Source: Spirulina sp.
GTDB taxonomy: Bacteria > Cyanobacteriota > Cyanobacteriia > Phormidesmidales > Phormidesmidaceae
Assembly (NCBI GenBank): GCA_044070495.1
Contig: JBIPSI010000011.1
Coordinates: forward strand, 1-64,000
Length of the DNA: 64,000 nt
Reading direction: 5' to 3'
Below are positions 35,108-44,582 of the stretch, one piece after another; the first letter of the stretch is position 1; the number at the start of each line of letters is the position of its first letter. A model generated the notes under the pieces. That model did not search any database, had not been told where the DNA came from, and saw only the letters and a list, made by a program, of their open reading frames with translations. A program made the translations under genes and the position numbers.

Positions 35108-37063
35108 CTAAATCTTCAGCACCCCCTCTGGATTAACAGTCAGGATAGGCCGACGTTTAGCTCCTTCCCGCTGGAGGATGGCGTTGGCGGCCAGGAGTCC
35201 ACTGCTAACCGCCCGTTCCATGAGGCCACAGGGGAAGGGCATCCGCACCCAGTCGCCCGCAAACAGCAGGTTGTTGGCGGCGGTGGTGGTTTGGGGACGG
35301 TTGGCAAAGCTCCCCGGCGGGAATCCGGCGAAGTTCTTTTGGTTCACCAGTTGCCGATGCAGGACGGTGGCCCCTTTCAGTTCGGGCACAATTTCGTAGA
35401 GTTCGGCCTCAAAGGTGTTGAGAATATCCGCCTGGGTGGGGAATTCTTTCTCCTTATAGCAGTAGGCATGGAGTTCCACCACGCTGCCCCCGGTGCGGTC
35501 GGCCCAATTGATGTAGTCTTCCTGGATGCGGTGGTAGAGGGTGATGCTGTCGGTGAGGCGATAGCCGGAGAGGGAGGTGAACCAGCTATGCTCCCAGTCG
35601 AAGTCGCGGTCGAACCAGAAGCGCCCCACGGCAAAGGGATCGGCTACCTGGAGTTCCTCCACCTGCTGGGCCAAGGTGGGTTCCACAGGGCCTTCGGCTA
35701 GGTTAAAGAGAGCCTTGATGCCGGGAATATCCGCCGCCATGATGTAGTAGTCGGCGGTGAGGTCGTGGCTGGGGTTGCCGCCGGATTCGGCGTTGGCGGC
35801 GATCAGTTGCAGGCGATCCCCCTCCCGTTGCAGCACCGTAAACACCGCGAGGTTTTCCTGGGCGGGGCCTGCCAACACTCGACCATCGCTGGCGTAGGCG
35901 GCTCCGTGGCAGGGGCAGAGGTAGCCGTCGGTGGTGGTATCTACTTGGCGCTGCACGCTACAGCCCTGGTGGGTGCAGGTGAGGGAGAGGGCGGTGGTGG
36001 CCCCCGGTGCCAGGGAATAGACCTGATCCCCAGCGCCGAAGTATTCCAGGGTGTCGTTACTGAGCAGGGGGTTGCGCTCCACCCAGAAAGGCACGAGATT
36101 GGTGGCGACGCTGCCCTCTTGGTAGGAAATTCCGGCGATTTTGCCCTCGTCCCAGCGCACCTGGTTGACGGTAACGCCCGTGAGCACTTCGCCGCCGTTG
36201 GCCTTGATCGCCTCCACCATGGGATCCACCAAAGAACGGCCCATGTCTTGGCAGGTGCCGTTGAAGGCCAGTCCTTCCGGGTTGCCAAAGAAGTAAAAGT
36301 GGAAGAACTGCATCAGTTCCCCGGCGCTAAGTACGTCCGGCGCGTTCAGGCTGGACTTGGCAAAGGGCAAAAAGTAGAGGTCGTACAGCCCCTTGGGGAA
36401 GTCGTTGCCGACCCATTCTGCCATCGAAAGATGATCGAGGCGCTGGTAGCTCTGGGGGTTGCGGAAGCCCGTAATTTCTCGAAACACCTCCAGGTGCTTC
36501 ATATGGGTGAGGTTAATGCCCCACTTCAGCCGATTGGAGGAGGAAATCGCCAGATCCACAATATTCCAAGGAAAGGCGGAGTTGCTAGGCCGGAATACCT
36601 CCGGCGCGTAGCCCTCTTTATAGACCAGGGAGTAGTAGTCCAGGGATTTAAAGTTCTGGCGAATGTTCAGCTCGTTGACCAGGTTAAACAGGTTGTAGTA
36701 CTGCGGGAAAAAGCCGTGGAAGCCGTGCTCCATCATGAAGTGGTCGTCGCCCACTTGGATCGGCCAGCTGGCAATTTTGCCGCCCAACTGGGGAGACCGT
36801 TCGATCAGCGTGACTGCCACGCCGCGCTGGCTGAGTTCATAGGCCGTCGCTAGCCCGGCCAAGCCGCCACCAATCACCACGGCCTTTAGATCCCGTCCCA
36901 CCTGAATCGGTAGTTCCAGCCGATCCTGCTGAAACACAGTGGGTTGTGGCTTGGTCAAGCGAGAATAGCTCAGCAGCGCCGCAATACCCCCCACTCCAAA
37001 GAGTTTGAGAACGTTACGACGGGCGAGGGTTTGGGCAAACAGCCCCTCTAGGGATTCACTCAT
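35108..37063 (-). CDS. cruE: CrtU-like carotenoid desaturase/methyltransferase with Rieske insert (CruE-like)
   Basis: VIGGGLAGL, LGGK, EHGFHGFFPQYYNL, CTHQGC...CPCHG Rieske, FAGDWV...LMERAV. Confidence 0.8.
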   Translation of the reverse strand: MSESLEGLFAQTLARRNVLKLFGVGGIAALLSYSRLTKPQPTVFQQDRLELPIQVGRDLKAVVIGGGLAGLATAYELSQRGVAVTLIERSPQLGGKIASWPIQVGDDHFMMEHGFHGFFPQYYNLFNLVNELNIRQNFKSLDYYSLVYKEGYAPEVFRPSNSAFPWNIVDLAISSSNRLKWGINLTHMKHLEVFREITGFRNPQSYQRLDHLSMAEWVGNDFPKGLYDLYFLPFAKSSLNAPDVLSAGELMQFFHFYFFGNPEGLAFNGTCQDMGRSLVDPMVEAIKANGGEVLTGVTVNQVRWDEGKIAGISYQEGSVATNLVPFWVERNPLLSNDTLEYFGAGDQVYSLAPGATTALSLTCTHQGCSVQRQVDTTTDGYLCPCHGAAYASDGRVLAGPAQENLAVFTVLQREGDRLQLIAANAESGGNPSHDLTADYYIMAADIPGIKALFNLAEGPVEPTLAQQVEELQVADPFAVGRFWFDRDFDWEHSWFTSLSGYRLTDSITLYHRIQEDYINWADRTGGSVVELHAYCYKEKEFPTQADILNTFEAELYEIVPELKGATVLHRQLVNQKNFAGFPPGSFANRPQTTTAANNLLFAGDWVRMPFPCGLMERAVSSGLLAANAILQREGAKRRPILTVNPEGVLKI

Positions 37064-37311
37064 TAGACGTGTGCTTTTGCTTACATCAAACTCAGCCCCC
37101 AGGAGAAGCCCCTGCGAGGTGTGTGGGGAGTGGGATTTCGCAAACGGTATCGCGCAAACGACATTTCGCAAACGGAACTTCGGCAAACGGTATCACGACC
37201 CCCCCGACCAGAGGAGCGGGAGTGGACACTTCCGGCCAGAGAAGTGACGGCCCCGGTGAAACCTCTTAAGAATGTAGTATTAAGTTGCCTTTACAGTCTA
37301 CAGAATTCCTG

Positions 37312-38085
37312 ATGAAATACCTGCGAGAGACCTTGGCCGTGGCTCAGCGCATTTTGACCGAGCTGTGGTGCCGCAAGCGCAGCCTGATTTTCTGGGCGAT
37401 TTTCCCAGTGCTGCTGCTGATCCTCAACAGCCTAATCTTGCAGGAACGGATTCAAATTCCCCTGGCGGAGGCCTATACCCTGGCGGCCCCCTCTACCCTG
37501 GTGGGGGCGGCGCTGTTTTTCAGCGGTCTGGGGGGCAGCTTGGCGACGGTGGTCTCGGAGCGGGAGCAGCACACCCTCAAGCGGCTGTTTCTGTCGCCCC
37601 TCAGCGGGGTGTCTTATTTCCTAGGCATTTGTGTGGCCTTTGGGGTCATTGGCCTAGGGCAAGCGGTGCTGATGTACGGCATTGCCTTCTCCCAGGGGGC
37701 CACCTTCGAGGGTTCCATCGCCGCTGGGCTGCTGATTGTGATGCTAAGTATGGCTGCCTACGTGGGGGTGGGGTTTGTGTTGGGCACCCAACTGGCCCGC
37801 CGCACCGAGGATGTCAACTCCCTGGTGGCCGCCTTTGGCATCCCGCTGATGATCCTGGGCGGAGCCTTCATGCCCACGGATTTTTTCCCCGATTCACTGA
37901 TCAACCTCACCCGCTTTAACCCGATTTTTCACATGATTGAGGCCATGGTGGGCATTGCCGCCGAGGGTAGCGCCCTGGCCGAGGTGGGCGAACATGTTTG
38001 GTTTTTAGGAATTTTTGCCGTGGCCATGGTGGGTACGGGTTGGCTCTCTTACCAGCGCATGGTGCAGGTAGAACGGCAGCTTTAG
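37312..38085 (+). CDS. ABC-2 type transporter permease
   Basis: Six TM segments; EREQHTLKRLFLSP; LGGAFMP. Confidence 0.88.
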   Translation: MKYLRETLAVAQRILTELWCRKRSLIFWAIFPVLLLILNSLILQERIQIPLAEAYTLAAPSTLVGAALFFSGLGGSLATVVSEREQHTLKRLFLSPLSGVSYFLGICVAFGVIGLGQAVLMYGIAFSQGATFEGSIAAGLLIVMLSMAAYVGVGFVLGTQLARRTEDVNSLVAAFGIPLMILGGAFMPTDFFPDSLINLTRFNPIFHMIEAMVGIAAEGSALAEVGEHVWFLGIFAVAMVGTGWLSYQRMVQVERQL

Positions 38086-38263
38086 GGGCCAGGTGCCCAG
38101 GCGTTACGGTGGGATCATAGGGGCGGGCGAGGAGACCTTACCCCTACGGGACTTCTCTTCATCGGCCACCTCCTCCATTGCGAAAGCAGCGAACCTTGCG
38201 AATTGCGCCATCCTTTCTGTTGTTTGCTAGAGTGGCAGGGCAAAATTCCGTTCTGGCTGGGCT

Positions 38264-40057
38264 ATGGTGTTTCAGAGGTTGAAGGCAAAGCCGTCCTTGG
38301 TTATCGCCGCCGGGGCTGCCCTGGTGATTGGGGGCGGAGCCCTGGCTCTTTGGGGGGTGGGTCGCCGCAGTGGGTTGCCCCAGGGGTTGCCAGCGGGGGT
38401 CAATGCCATCCCCGCTGAGGCGGTGATGGTGGTGTCCCTTTCCACCGATGAAGGCCAGTGGCGACGGCTGCGGCAGTTTGGCACCCCCGAAACCCAGGCC
38501 CAGTTTGACCAAGCCCTGGTGGAATGGCGGGATCGCCTCTTAACTGAGGCGGGTCTAAATTTTGGTACCGATGTCAAACCCTGGGTCGGCTCAGACATTA
38601 CCCTGGCGGTGTTGCCCTCCGATCAGCCTGGGGCCTCTCCCCTCAACGATCCGGCGGGGGCGCTGGGGTCGAATGTGGTGATTGCCCTGCCGATTAGTAA
38701 CGTGGGTCAGGCCCAGCAGGGGTTAGGCAACCGTCTGGTGCAGGCGGAGGGCATCGGCGATAACCCCTATCGAGGCATTTCCATTCAGCAGATTGAAGGG
38801 GCCGAAGGCGCACCGATCTACGGAGCCGTGCTGACCCCGAATCTGGCCCTCGTCAGCGCCCAGGTGGGGCTACTGAAGCAATCCATCGACGCCTTTCGGG
38901 ACAACCAATCGGTGGTAGAACGGCCTGGATTTACCAAGGCTTTCGAGCAGGTGGAACCATCCCGTGCCCTGGCCCGCCTCTATGTGGATGTCCCGGCGGC
39001 GGTGCAAACCCTCGCCAACACCGCCGACCCCGCCATTCCCGCCAGTCGCCTAGAGGCACTGCGTAACCCTAGAGCCTTGGTGGCGGCGGTGGTGATCGAA
39101 AATCAAGGGCTTGCCATCCAGGCGATTAGCTGGCTCGATCAGGGGCCGCTGGTCTTTGATACCAGCAACCAGGCGGATCAAATGCCCCAGCGCCTTCCCG
39201 CCAACACCCTGATCATGCTCTCCACCGGCAACTTTCAGCAGTTTTGGGAAGACTTCAAGGCGGGGCAACAACTGTCGGCGGCGTTTCCCCTACGGCCTGA
39301 GGAAATTGCCCTGGGGATGCAGTCCACCACCGGCCTGGTGCTAGAGGAAGATCTCCTGCCCTGGATGGGCGGCGAGATGGCCCTGGGCATCTTGGCTCCC
39401 CCCGCCCCCGGTGACGCGGAGGAGGAGGCCCAACCCCTGCCCAACCCAGCCCTGGTGATGATGGTAAAGGCCAGTGACCGAGAAGCCGCCACCGCCACCC
39501 TAGATCGCTTGGATGCGGTGATGGCCGACCGCTACCGTTTCCAGGTGGAGAAGGTGGATCAGGACGGTGTGGCGATCACCCAGTGGGTGGCCCCCTTCAA
39601 TTCCCTCACCCTAGCCCACGGCTGGTTAGAGGGAGATGTGGTGTTTCTCACCGCCGGACAGGGCGTAACCGACCTGATTGTGCCCCGCCCCAGCCGCACC
39701 CTGGCCGCCTCCCCTGCCTTTCAGTCCGCCACAGGTAAGGCTCCTCGGCCCAACAATGGCCACTTTTTTATCAACCTCAAGGACATGCTGACGGTTGAGG
39801 ACAGCCTGCTGCTGCCCCCCGTGCCCACCGAGGGCCTAATTAGCGCCGCTGCCCTAGAGAGCATTGGCGTTACCGCCACGGTGCTCAGTGATCGCCAGGT
39901 GCGCTACGACATCATGGCCACCCTTCAACGGGGCAACCGCCCAGGGCCACTCCCTGCCCCTGAGGGAGAAGCCCCCGCCGACACAGAATCCGAAGCCACC
40001 CCCGATCCCGGTACCGATCCCGGTACCGATCCCGGAGCCACCCCGGAAACGCCGTGA
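38264..40057 (+). CDS. DUF3352 domain-containing membrane-anchored protein
   Basis: N-terminal TM; DVKPWVG; LLPWMGGE; NNGHFFIN; C-terminal 12-bp DPGT repeats. Confidence 0.8.
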   Translation: MVFQRLKAKPSLVIAAGAALVIGGGALALWGVGRRSGLPQGLPAGVNAIPAEAVMVVSLSTDEGQWRRLRQFGTPETQAQFDQALVEWRDRLLTEAGLNFGTDVKPWVGSDITLAVLPSDQPGASPLNDPAGALGSNVVIALPISNVGQAQQGLGNRLVQAEGIGDNPYRGISIQQIEGAEGAPIYGAVLTPNLALVSAQVGLLKQSIDAFRDNQSVVERPGFTKAFEQVEPSRALARLYVDVPAAVQTLANTADPAIPASRLEALRNPRALVAAVVIENQGLAIQAISWLDQGPLVFDTSNQADQMPQRLPANTLIMLSTGNFQQFWEDFKAGQQLSAAFPLRPEEIALGMQSTTGLVLEEDLLPWMGGEMALGILAPPAPGDAEEEAQPLPNPALVMMVKASDREAATATLDRLDAVMADRYRFQVEKVDQDGVAITQWVAPFNSLTLAHGWLEGDVVFLTAGQGVTDLIVPRPSRTLAASPAFQSATGKAPRPNNGHFFINLKDMLTVEDSLLLPPVPTEGLISAAALESIGVTATVLSDRQVRYDIMATLQRGNRPGPLPAPEGEAPADTESEATPDPGTDPGTDPGATPETP

Positions 40058-40108
40058 GGTGGGCAAAAGTCGCTAGGATAAAGCTAGACCCTTCGTTCAA
40101 GAATTGCT

Positions 40109-41116
40109 ATGGATTTGATCGCGCTCCAGGGCTGGCTGGACAATGCCTCCTTTGCGGTGCTATTTGCCACCATGTTGCTTTACTGGTGTGGGGTGGCCTT
40201 TCCCAAGGTCAGCCTGCTCCCCAGCCTCGGCACCGCTGGCATGGCCGTGGCCAACCTCACCATGGCGGCCCTACTCATCGCCCGCTGGATCGAAGCGGGC
40301 TATTTTCCGATGAGCAACCTCTACGAGTCGCTGTTTGCCCTAGCCTGGGGCATCACCACCATGCACCTGATCGCCGAGCGCATGAGTCGCAGCAGCTTGG
40401 TCGGGGCCATCACCGCCCCCATCGCCATGGCCATCGCCGCCTTTGCCGCCCTCTCCCTGCCGGATAGTATGCAGGGTTCCGAGCCCCTGGTGCCCGCCCT
40501 CAAATCCAACTGGCTGATGATGCACGTCAGCGTCATGCTGATTAGCTATGCCGCCCTGCTGGTAGGGTCTTTGCTCGCGATTGCCTTTTTAATCGTCACC
40601 CGTGGCCAAGCGGTGGAACTCAAGGGGAGTTCCGTGGGTACGGGCGGTTTTCGCAACCTGAAGCTCCAGCGGGCTAGCCAACCCGTCCCGGCCAGTGCCG
40701 ACTCCGGTGAAGTCGTACTTGGCAGCGGCGGCACAGCGGTGATCGAAAAGCCTGCGGTACGGGCCAGCCAGACCGTCCAACTCTCGCCCCAACGCCTCAC
40801 CCTAGCGGACACCCTCGACAACATCAGCTACCGCATTATTGGCCTAGGGTTCCCCCTGCTCACCATCGGCATCATTGCCGGGGCCGTGTGGGCCAACGAA
40901 GCCTGGGGTTCCTACTGGAGCTGGGATCCTAAAGAGACCTGGGCGCTAATTACCTGGCTGGTCTTCGCCGCCTACCTCCATGCCCGTATTACCAAGGGTT
41001 GGCAGGGCCGCCGACCGGCGATTCTCGCCGCCACGGGGTTCGCCGTGGTCTGGGTGTGCTACCTGGGGGTGAATATCCTCGGCAAAGGGCTGCACAGCTA
41101 CGGCTGGTTTTTCTAG
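40109..41116 (+). CDS. ccsB: Cytochrome c biogenesis protein CcsB (CcsA family)
   Basis: [44 protein letters not shown]. Confidence 0.97.
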   Translation: MDLIALQGWLDNASFAVLFATMLLYWCGVAFPKVSLLPSLGTAGMAVANLTMAALLIARWIEAGYFPMSNLYESLFALAWGITTMHLIAERMSRSSLVGAITAPIAMAIAAFAALSLPDSMQGSEPLVPALKSNWLMMHVSVMLISYAALLVGSLLAIAFLIVTRGQAVELKGSSVGTGGFRNLKLQRASQPVPASADSGEVVLGSGGTAVIEKPAVRASQTVQLSPQRLTLADTLDNISYRIIGLGFPLLTIGIIAGAVWANEAWGSYWSWDPKETWALITWLVFAAYLHARITKGWQGRRPAILAATGFAVVWVCYLGVNILGKGLHSYGWFF

Positions 41117-41278
41117 GGGCCTTCAAAATGCCCGATACAAGCCTGTGACGGGGCTTTCCTGTCGGCAAACTGAATTCAAGCCCAGTGAGACATCAAGGGC
41201 CACGGTACAGATTGGTACCGTGGTTCTTCACCGTATTGGCAGGCACCGACTCCCGCGATGGGATTAGGAACCTAAATC

Positions 41279-41477
41279 AACCTGAGTTCGGGATAAGCCA
41301 AAGGCTTCCATCGCTAGCAACCCGCTTTTGGCAACGACGTTGGCCCTCACCCTAAATCCCTCTCCCCGTGGGAGAGGGACTTTGAAACTCTAGCTCCCCC
41401 TCTCCCACGGGGAGAGGGGGCTGGGGGGTGAGGTTTTCCGAGGCATCGGGCCACTGAGCTTAACCCGAACTGAGGTT
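41279..41477. mobile_element. MITE family D with internal hairpin pair
   Basis: TIRs AACCTGAGTTCGGGATAAG / CTTAACCCGAACTGAGGTT; AAATC duplicated on both flanks; internal CCCTCACCCTAAATCCCTCTCCC...GGGAGAGGGGGCTGGGGGGTGAGG. Confidence 0.85.
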
Positions 41478-41640
41478 AAATCAGGTTGAGAAAATGCAGC
41501 ACCCCTTGGCCGCTCAACCCTTCAATGATGATGGAGAGGGCAAAACCCAGCATCGCTAGGCGACCATTGAGATTCTCGGCATCGCGGGTGAAGCCCCAGA
41601 TGGTGGGCTCAACCTGGGAGGTCTTCGATAGGGAGTCCAT
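41476..41640 (-). CDS. hli: High-light-inducible protein (HLIP/SCP), 54 aa, absent from the ORF track
   Basis: [54 protein letters not shown]; ExxNGRxAMxG motif; AAGGAG RBS. Confidence 0.95.
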   Translation of the reverse strand: MDSLSKTSQVEPTIWGFTRDAENLNGRLAMLGFALSIIIEGLSGQGVLHFLNLI

Positions 41641-41650
41641 GGCTTCTCCT

Positions 41651-41668
41651 TTTGTAACGCTTTGTTAA
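41651..41668 (-). promoter_or_regulatory. HLR1 (RpaB) box upstream of hli
   Basis: Minus strand TTAACAAA-GC-GTTACAAA matches the (G/T)TTACA(T/A)(T/A)-N2 direct-repeat consensus. Confidence 0.75.
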
Positions 41669-41990
41669 GAAGGATAACAATTTAGCCGTAAAAATGCCAT
41701 CGAGCCTGAGCCCGCCCCGCACTCTGGCGCGGTTCCTTGGTCTAGGGCGGTGGTCTAGGCTACCTTGACGCCCCTGAAAAGTTACGCGACACTACATCTA
41801 ATTGAGGGTAACCCTCTCGCTGTTCAATGCGAGTCAATACAAGTGATTGACTTTTGCAATGTAAGCGCGTGGGTGACCGCCTTAATTCTTAGTAGGATAA
41901 AATTGCGAGAACTCCGCAATGGCCAGAGGCAAAGGCTTGCATGGGTTGATGCTTTTTGGCCCTTCGTGACAATAAAAATTAGCACCCACT

Positions 41991-42206
41991 ATGGAAACCT
42001 TAGAGTTCATTATTTATCCCGATGGTCGGGTCAAGGAGATGGTAACCGGCATCGTGGGAGCCTCCTGCGCTGAGGTAACCGCTGCCATTGAAGCTCAGTT
42101 GGGCACCGTGGTTTCCCATCAAACCACCTCCGAGTACTACACCCAACGCCAGGATCAGACCCTTCAGGAACAAACCTCGGCCCAGGTTTCCTACAGTCAG
42201 TGGTAA
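41991..42206 (+). CDS. DUF2997 family protein
   Basis: METLEFIIYPDGRVKE.VTGIVGASCAEVT..IE..LG. Confidence 0.88.
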   Translation: METLEFIIYPDGRVKEMVTGIVGASCAEVTAAIEAQLGTVVSHQTTSEYYTQRQDQTLQEQTSAQVSYSQW

Positions 42207-42248
42207 GCGCCTATTTCCAGTTTTTGTTCTCAATACACCGAAGAAAAC

Positions 42249-42641
42249 ATGTCACACTTTAGCCAAATTAAAACCAAGCTTCGCAACCTCTCCTCCCTCC
42301 AGGCGGCCCTCACCGACCTCGGTACCGACTGGAAGTCTGGCCCCTGCACCGTGCGCGGCTACCAGGGCCAAACCCAGCAGGCCGAGATCGTTATTCCCCA
42401 GGAGAACGGCTACGACATTGGCTTCCGTCGCAACACCGATACCCAAGATTATGAGCTGGTGGCCGATCTGCAATACTGGCAGCAGCCCCTCACGGTGGAC
42501 GGCTTCCTCAGCCAGGTAACCCAGCGCTACGCCTACAACACCGTGCTCACCGAGAGCAGTCGCCAAGGCTTCCAGCTCACCGAAGAACAGGTGCAAAAAG
42601 ATGGTTCTGTGCGCCTCGTGGTGCAACGCTGGAACGGCTAG
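42249..42641 (+). CDS. ycf35: DUF1257 / Ycf35 family protein
   Basis: MSHFSQIKT...VRGYQGQ...YDIGF...ELVADLQYW...LVVQRW. Confidence 0.9.
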   Translation: MSHFSQIKTKLRNLSSLQAALTDLGTDWKSGPCTVRGYQGQTQQAEIVIPQENGYDIGFRRNTDTQDYELVADLQYWQQPLTVDGFLSQVTQRYAYNTVLTESSRQGFQLTEEQVQKDGSVRLVVQRWNG

Positions 42642-42665
42642 TTTTACCATCAACAAGCGATTTAC

Positions 42666-42688
42666 GGGGGGCGCTGAGCCCCTTTTTG
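42666..42688 (+). terminator. Intrinsic terminator after ycf35
   Basis: GGGGC-GCTGA-GCCCC hairpin followed by TTTTT. Confidence 0.55.
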
Positions 42689-42794
42689 CTAGGTTCAGTT
42701 AGTCTGGGCCATTTGGTGCGATTGGGCCGTTGAGCTGCATCGGGTTGGGGATGGGGCTAAACGGCAATAACCCTGCTGATACGGAGTTGATTCC

Positions 42795-43262
42795 ATGGCG
42801 GATGCGGATGCGGTCTTTAATCTATCCCCTCTTACCCCCCAGCCCACGGGGCTAGAGCCGGAATTGGGGGGGTACCTGCGGCAGGCGGAGAATCGCACGG
42901 GGTTTGAGCCAGAACTGGGGGGGCAACTGCGCCAAAAGGGCGTTTACGTCGATGAAATTACCTGCATTGGCTGCAAACACTGCGCCCACGTCGCCCGCAA
43001 CACCTTCTACATCGAGCCAGACTATGGCCGTTCGCGGGTCTATCGGCAGGATGGCGACTCCGAGGAGATTATCCAAGAAGCCATCGACACCTGCCCCGTG
43101 GACTGCATTCACTGGGTAGACTACACCGAGCTCAAACAGCTTGAGGCCGACCGTAAGCACCAGGTGATTCCCGTCGCCGGGTTCCCGGTGGATAAAGCCA
43201 CCGCCATTCTGCAAATGCGGCGGGCCAAACTGAAGGCCAGACGGGCCACCGCCCAGGATTAG
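42795..43262 (+). CDS. Ferredoxin (bacterial 4Fe-4S type)
   Basis: VYVDEITCIGCKHCAHVA...AIDTCPVDCIHW. Confidence 0.9.
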   Translation: MADADAVFNLSPLTPQPTGLEPELGGYLRQAENRTGFEPELGGQLRQKGVYVDEITCIGCKHCAHVARNTFYIEPDYGRSRVYRQDGDSEEIIQEAIDTCPVDCIHWVDYTELKQLEADRKHQVIPVAGFPVDKATAILQMRRAKLKARRATAQD

Positions 43263-43423
43263 AAAAGGGCTAAGGCCCTGGGGAAGTCCTAGGGAAGGCG
43301 TCCACACCGCCCTAGGGGGCCGACAGGGGCCAAGGGAATGGAAGCGTAACTGCCAATACAGTCTTTGGCAAGAACTGAACCCTAGCATGGCTCTAAATTG
43401 TCGTATCAGAGCCCCTCAGCCCT

Positions 43424-44455
43424 ATGTCTACCGCCATTACCCTGCCCCGGGAATGCACCTTCAGCCCCTCCGACTGGGAGGCATTGGCCCCCTTCTGGTA
43501 TCCCGTCGCTTTTTCCCACGAAGTCACCGCTGATAAACCCTTTGGGGCGCGGCTGTTGGATGAGCGCTTGGTGCTGTATCGCGCAGCGGATGGAACGGTG
43601 GTAGCCGCTCGAGATCTCTGTCTACACCGGGGTGCACCCCTCAGCCTGGGCTGGGTGGAGGCGGGGGAGTTGGTGTGCGCTTACCACGGCGTTCGCTACG
43701 CGGATCAAGGTCAGTGTGTTTGCATTCCCGCTGCCCCCGATGCCGCGATTCCGAAACGCCTGCGCCTCACAACCTACCCTGTTCGCGAGCAGTATGGCCT
43801 TGTTTGGGTGCGCCTGGTAGACAACGGCCCGGTACCCTTCCCTGAATTTGAGGCCTGGGACGATCCCGACTACCTTCAGATCATTCCCGACTCGGTGCAT
43901 CTAGAGGCGGCGGCGGGTCGCCAAGTGGAAGGTTTTTTAGACGTGAGCCACTTTGCCTTTATCCACAAGGATTCCTTTGGCGAAAGCGATAACCCAGAGG
44001 TGCCCGACTACCCCGTTGCCTACACAGACGGCGGCTTCACGGCGGATTATGTCAGTACGGTCAGCAACTTGCCCCACGGCTATAAACACCTGAGCCCGCC
44101 TGGGTTTCAGTGGCGACGGCTGTTTCAGGTTTGGCTACCGTTTACGGTGCGGCTGTCGGTCACCTTTCCAGAGGGGATGCTGCACATTTTGAATGCGGCT
44201 TGCCCAGTGTCGGCCCGCAAAACCCGCGTGTTTTCACCCCTTTGTCGCAATTTTGATAAGGACGCTCCCCTAGAAGAGACCCTAGCCTTTAACCACCAAG
44301 TCTTTGGCGAGGACAAGGCCATCGTGGAAGAACTTTGGCCCGAAGATCTACCGATCAACCTGGCCGATGAAGTTCACATTGCGGGGGACAAGAGTTCGAT
44401 TACCTATCGCAAGTTGCTGGCCAAAATCGGCCTAGGGAAGTCGTTTACGGCCTAG
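43424..44455 (+). CDS. Rieske oxygenase, VanA-like demethylase family
   Basis: DLCLHRG...CAYHG; EGFLDVSHFAFIH; VFGEDKAIVE. Confidence 0.88.
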   Translation: MSTAITLPRECTFSPSDWEALAPFWYPVAFSHEVTADKPFGARLLDERLVLYRAADGTVVAARDLCLHRGAPLSLGWVEAGELVCAYHGVRYADQGQCVCIPAAPDAAIPKRLRLTTYPVREQYGLVWVRLVDNGPVPFPEFEAWDDPDYLQIIPDSVHLEAAAGRQVEGFLDVSHFAFIHKDSFGESDNPEVPDYPVAYTDGGFTADYVSTVSNLPHGYKHLSPPGFQWRRLFQVWLPFTVRLSVTFPEGMLHILNAACPVSARKTRVFSPLCRNFDKDAPLEETLAFNHQVFGEDKAIVEELWPEDLPINLADEVHIAGDKSSITYRKLLAKIGLGKSFTA

Positions 44456-44520
44456 ACCGATTGTCCACAGATCTTTCCTCTAGCCTGGTAGCCCACCGGA
44501 TCTTGAGCACAAGCGAGTTG

Positions 44521-44562
44521 CCTAGGCCCGTTTTGCCCCAGGGCAGACAGAACGGGCCTAGG
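44521..44562. terminator. Hairpin between convergent genes
   Basis: CCTAGGCCCGTT...AACGGGCCTAGG inverted repeat. Confidence 0.5.
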
Positions 44563-44582
44563 CTAGACTGCTCTAAACCGAT

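Noticed and set aside
35765..36853. 362-aa plus-strand ORF
   Set aside because: Antisense shadow of the cruE-like gene in GC-rich DNA; no motifs.
37136..37197. Possible mini-CRISPR
   Set aside because: Repeat core is only 7 bp with 7-8-bp linkers; no cas genes.
40001..40035. 12-bp tandem repeat in the DUF3352 tail
   Set aside because: Ordinary low-complexity linker.
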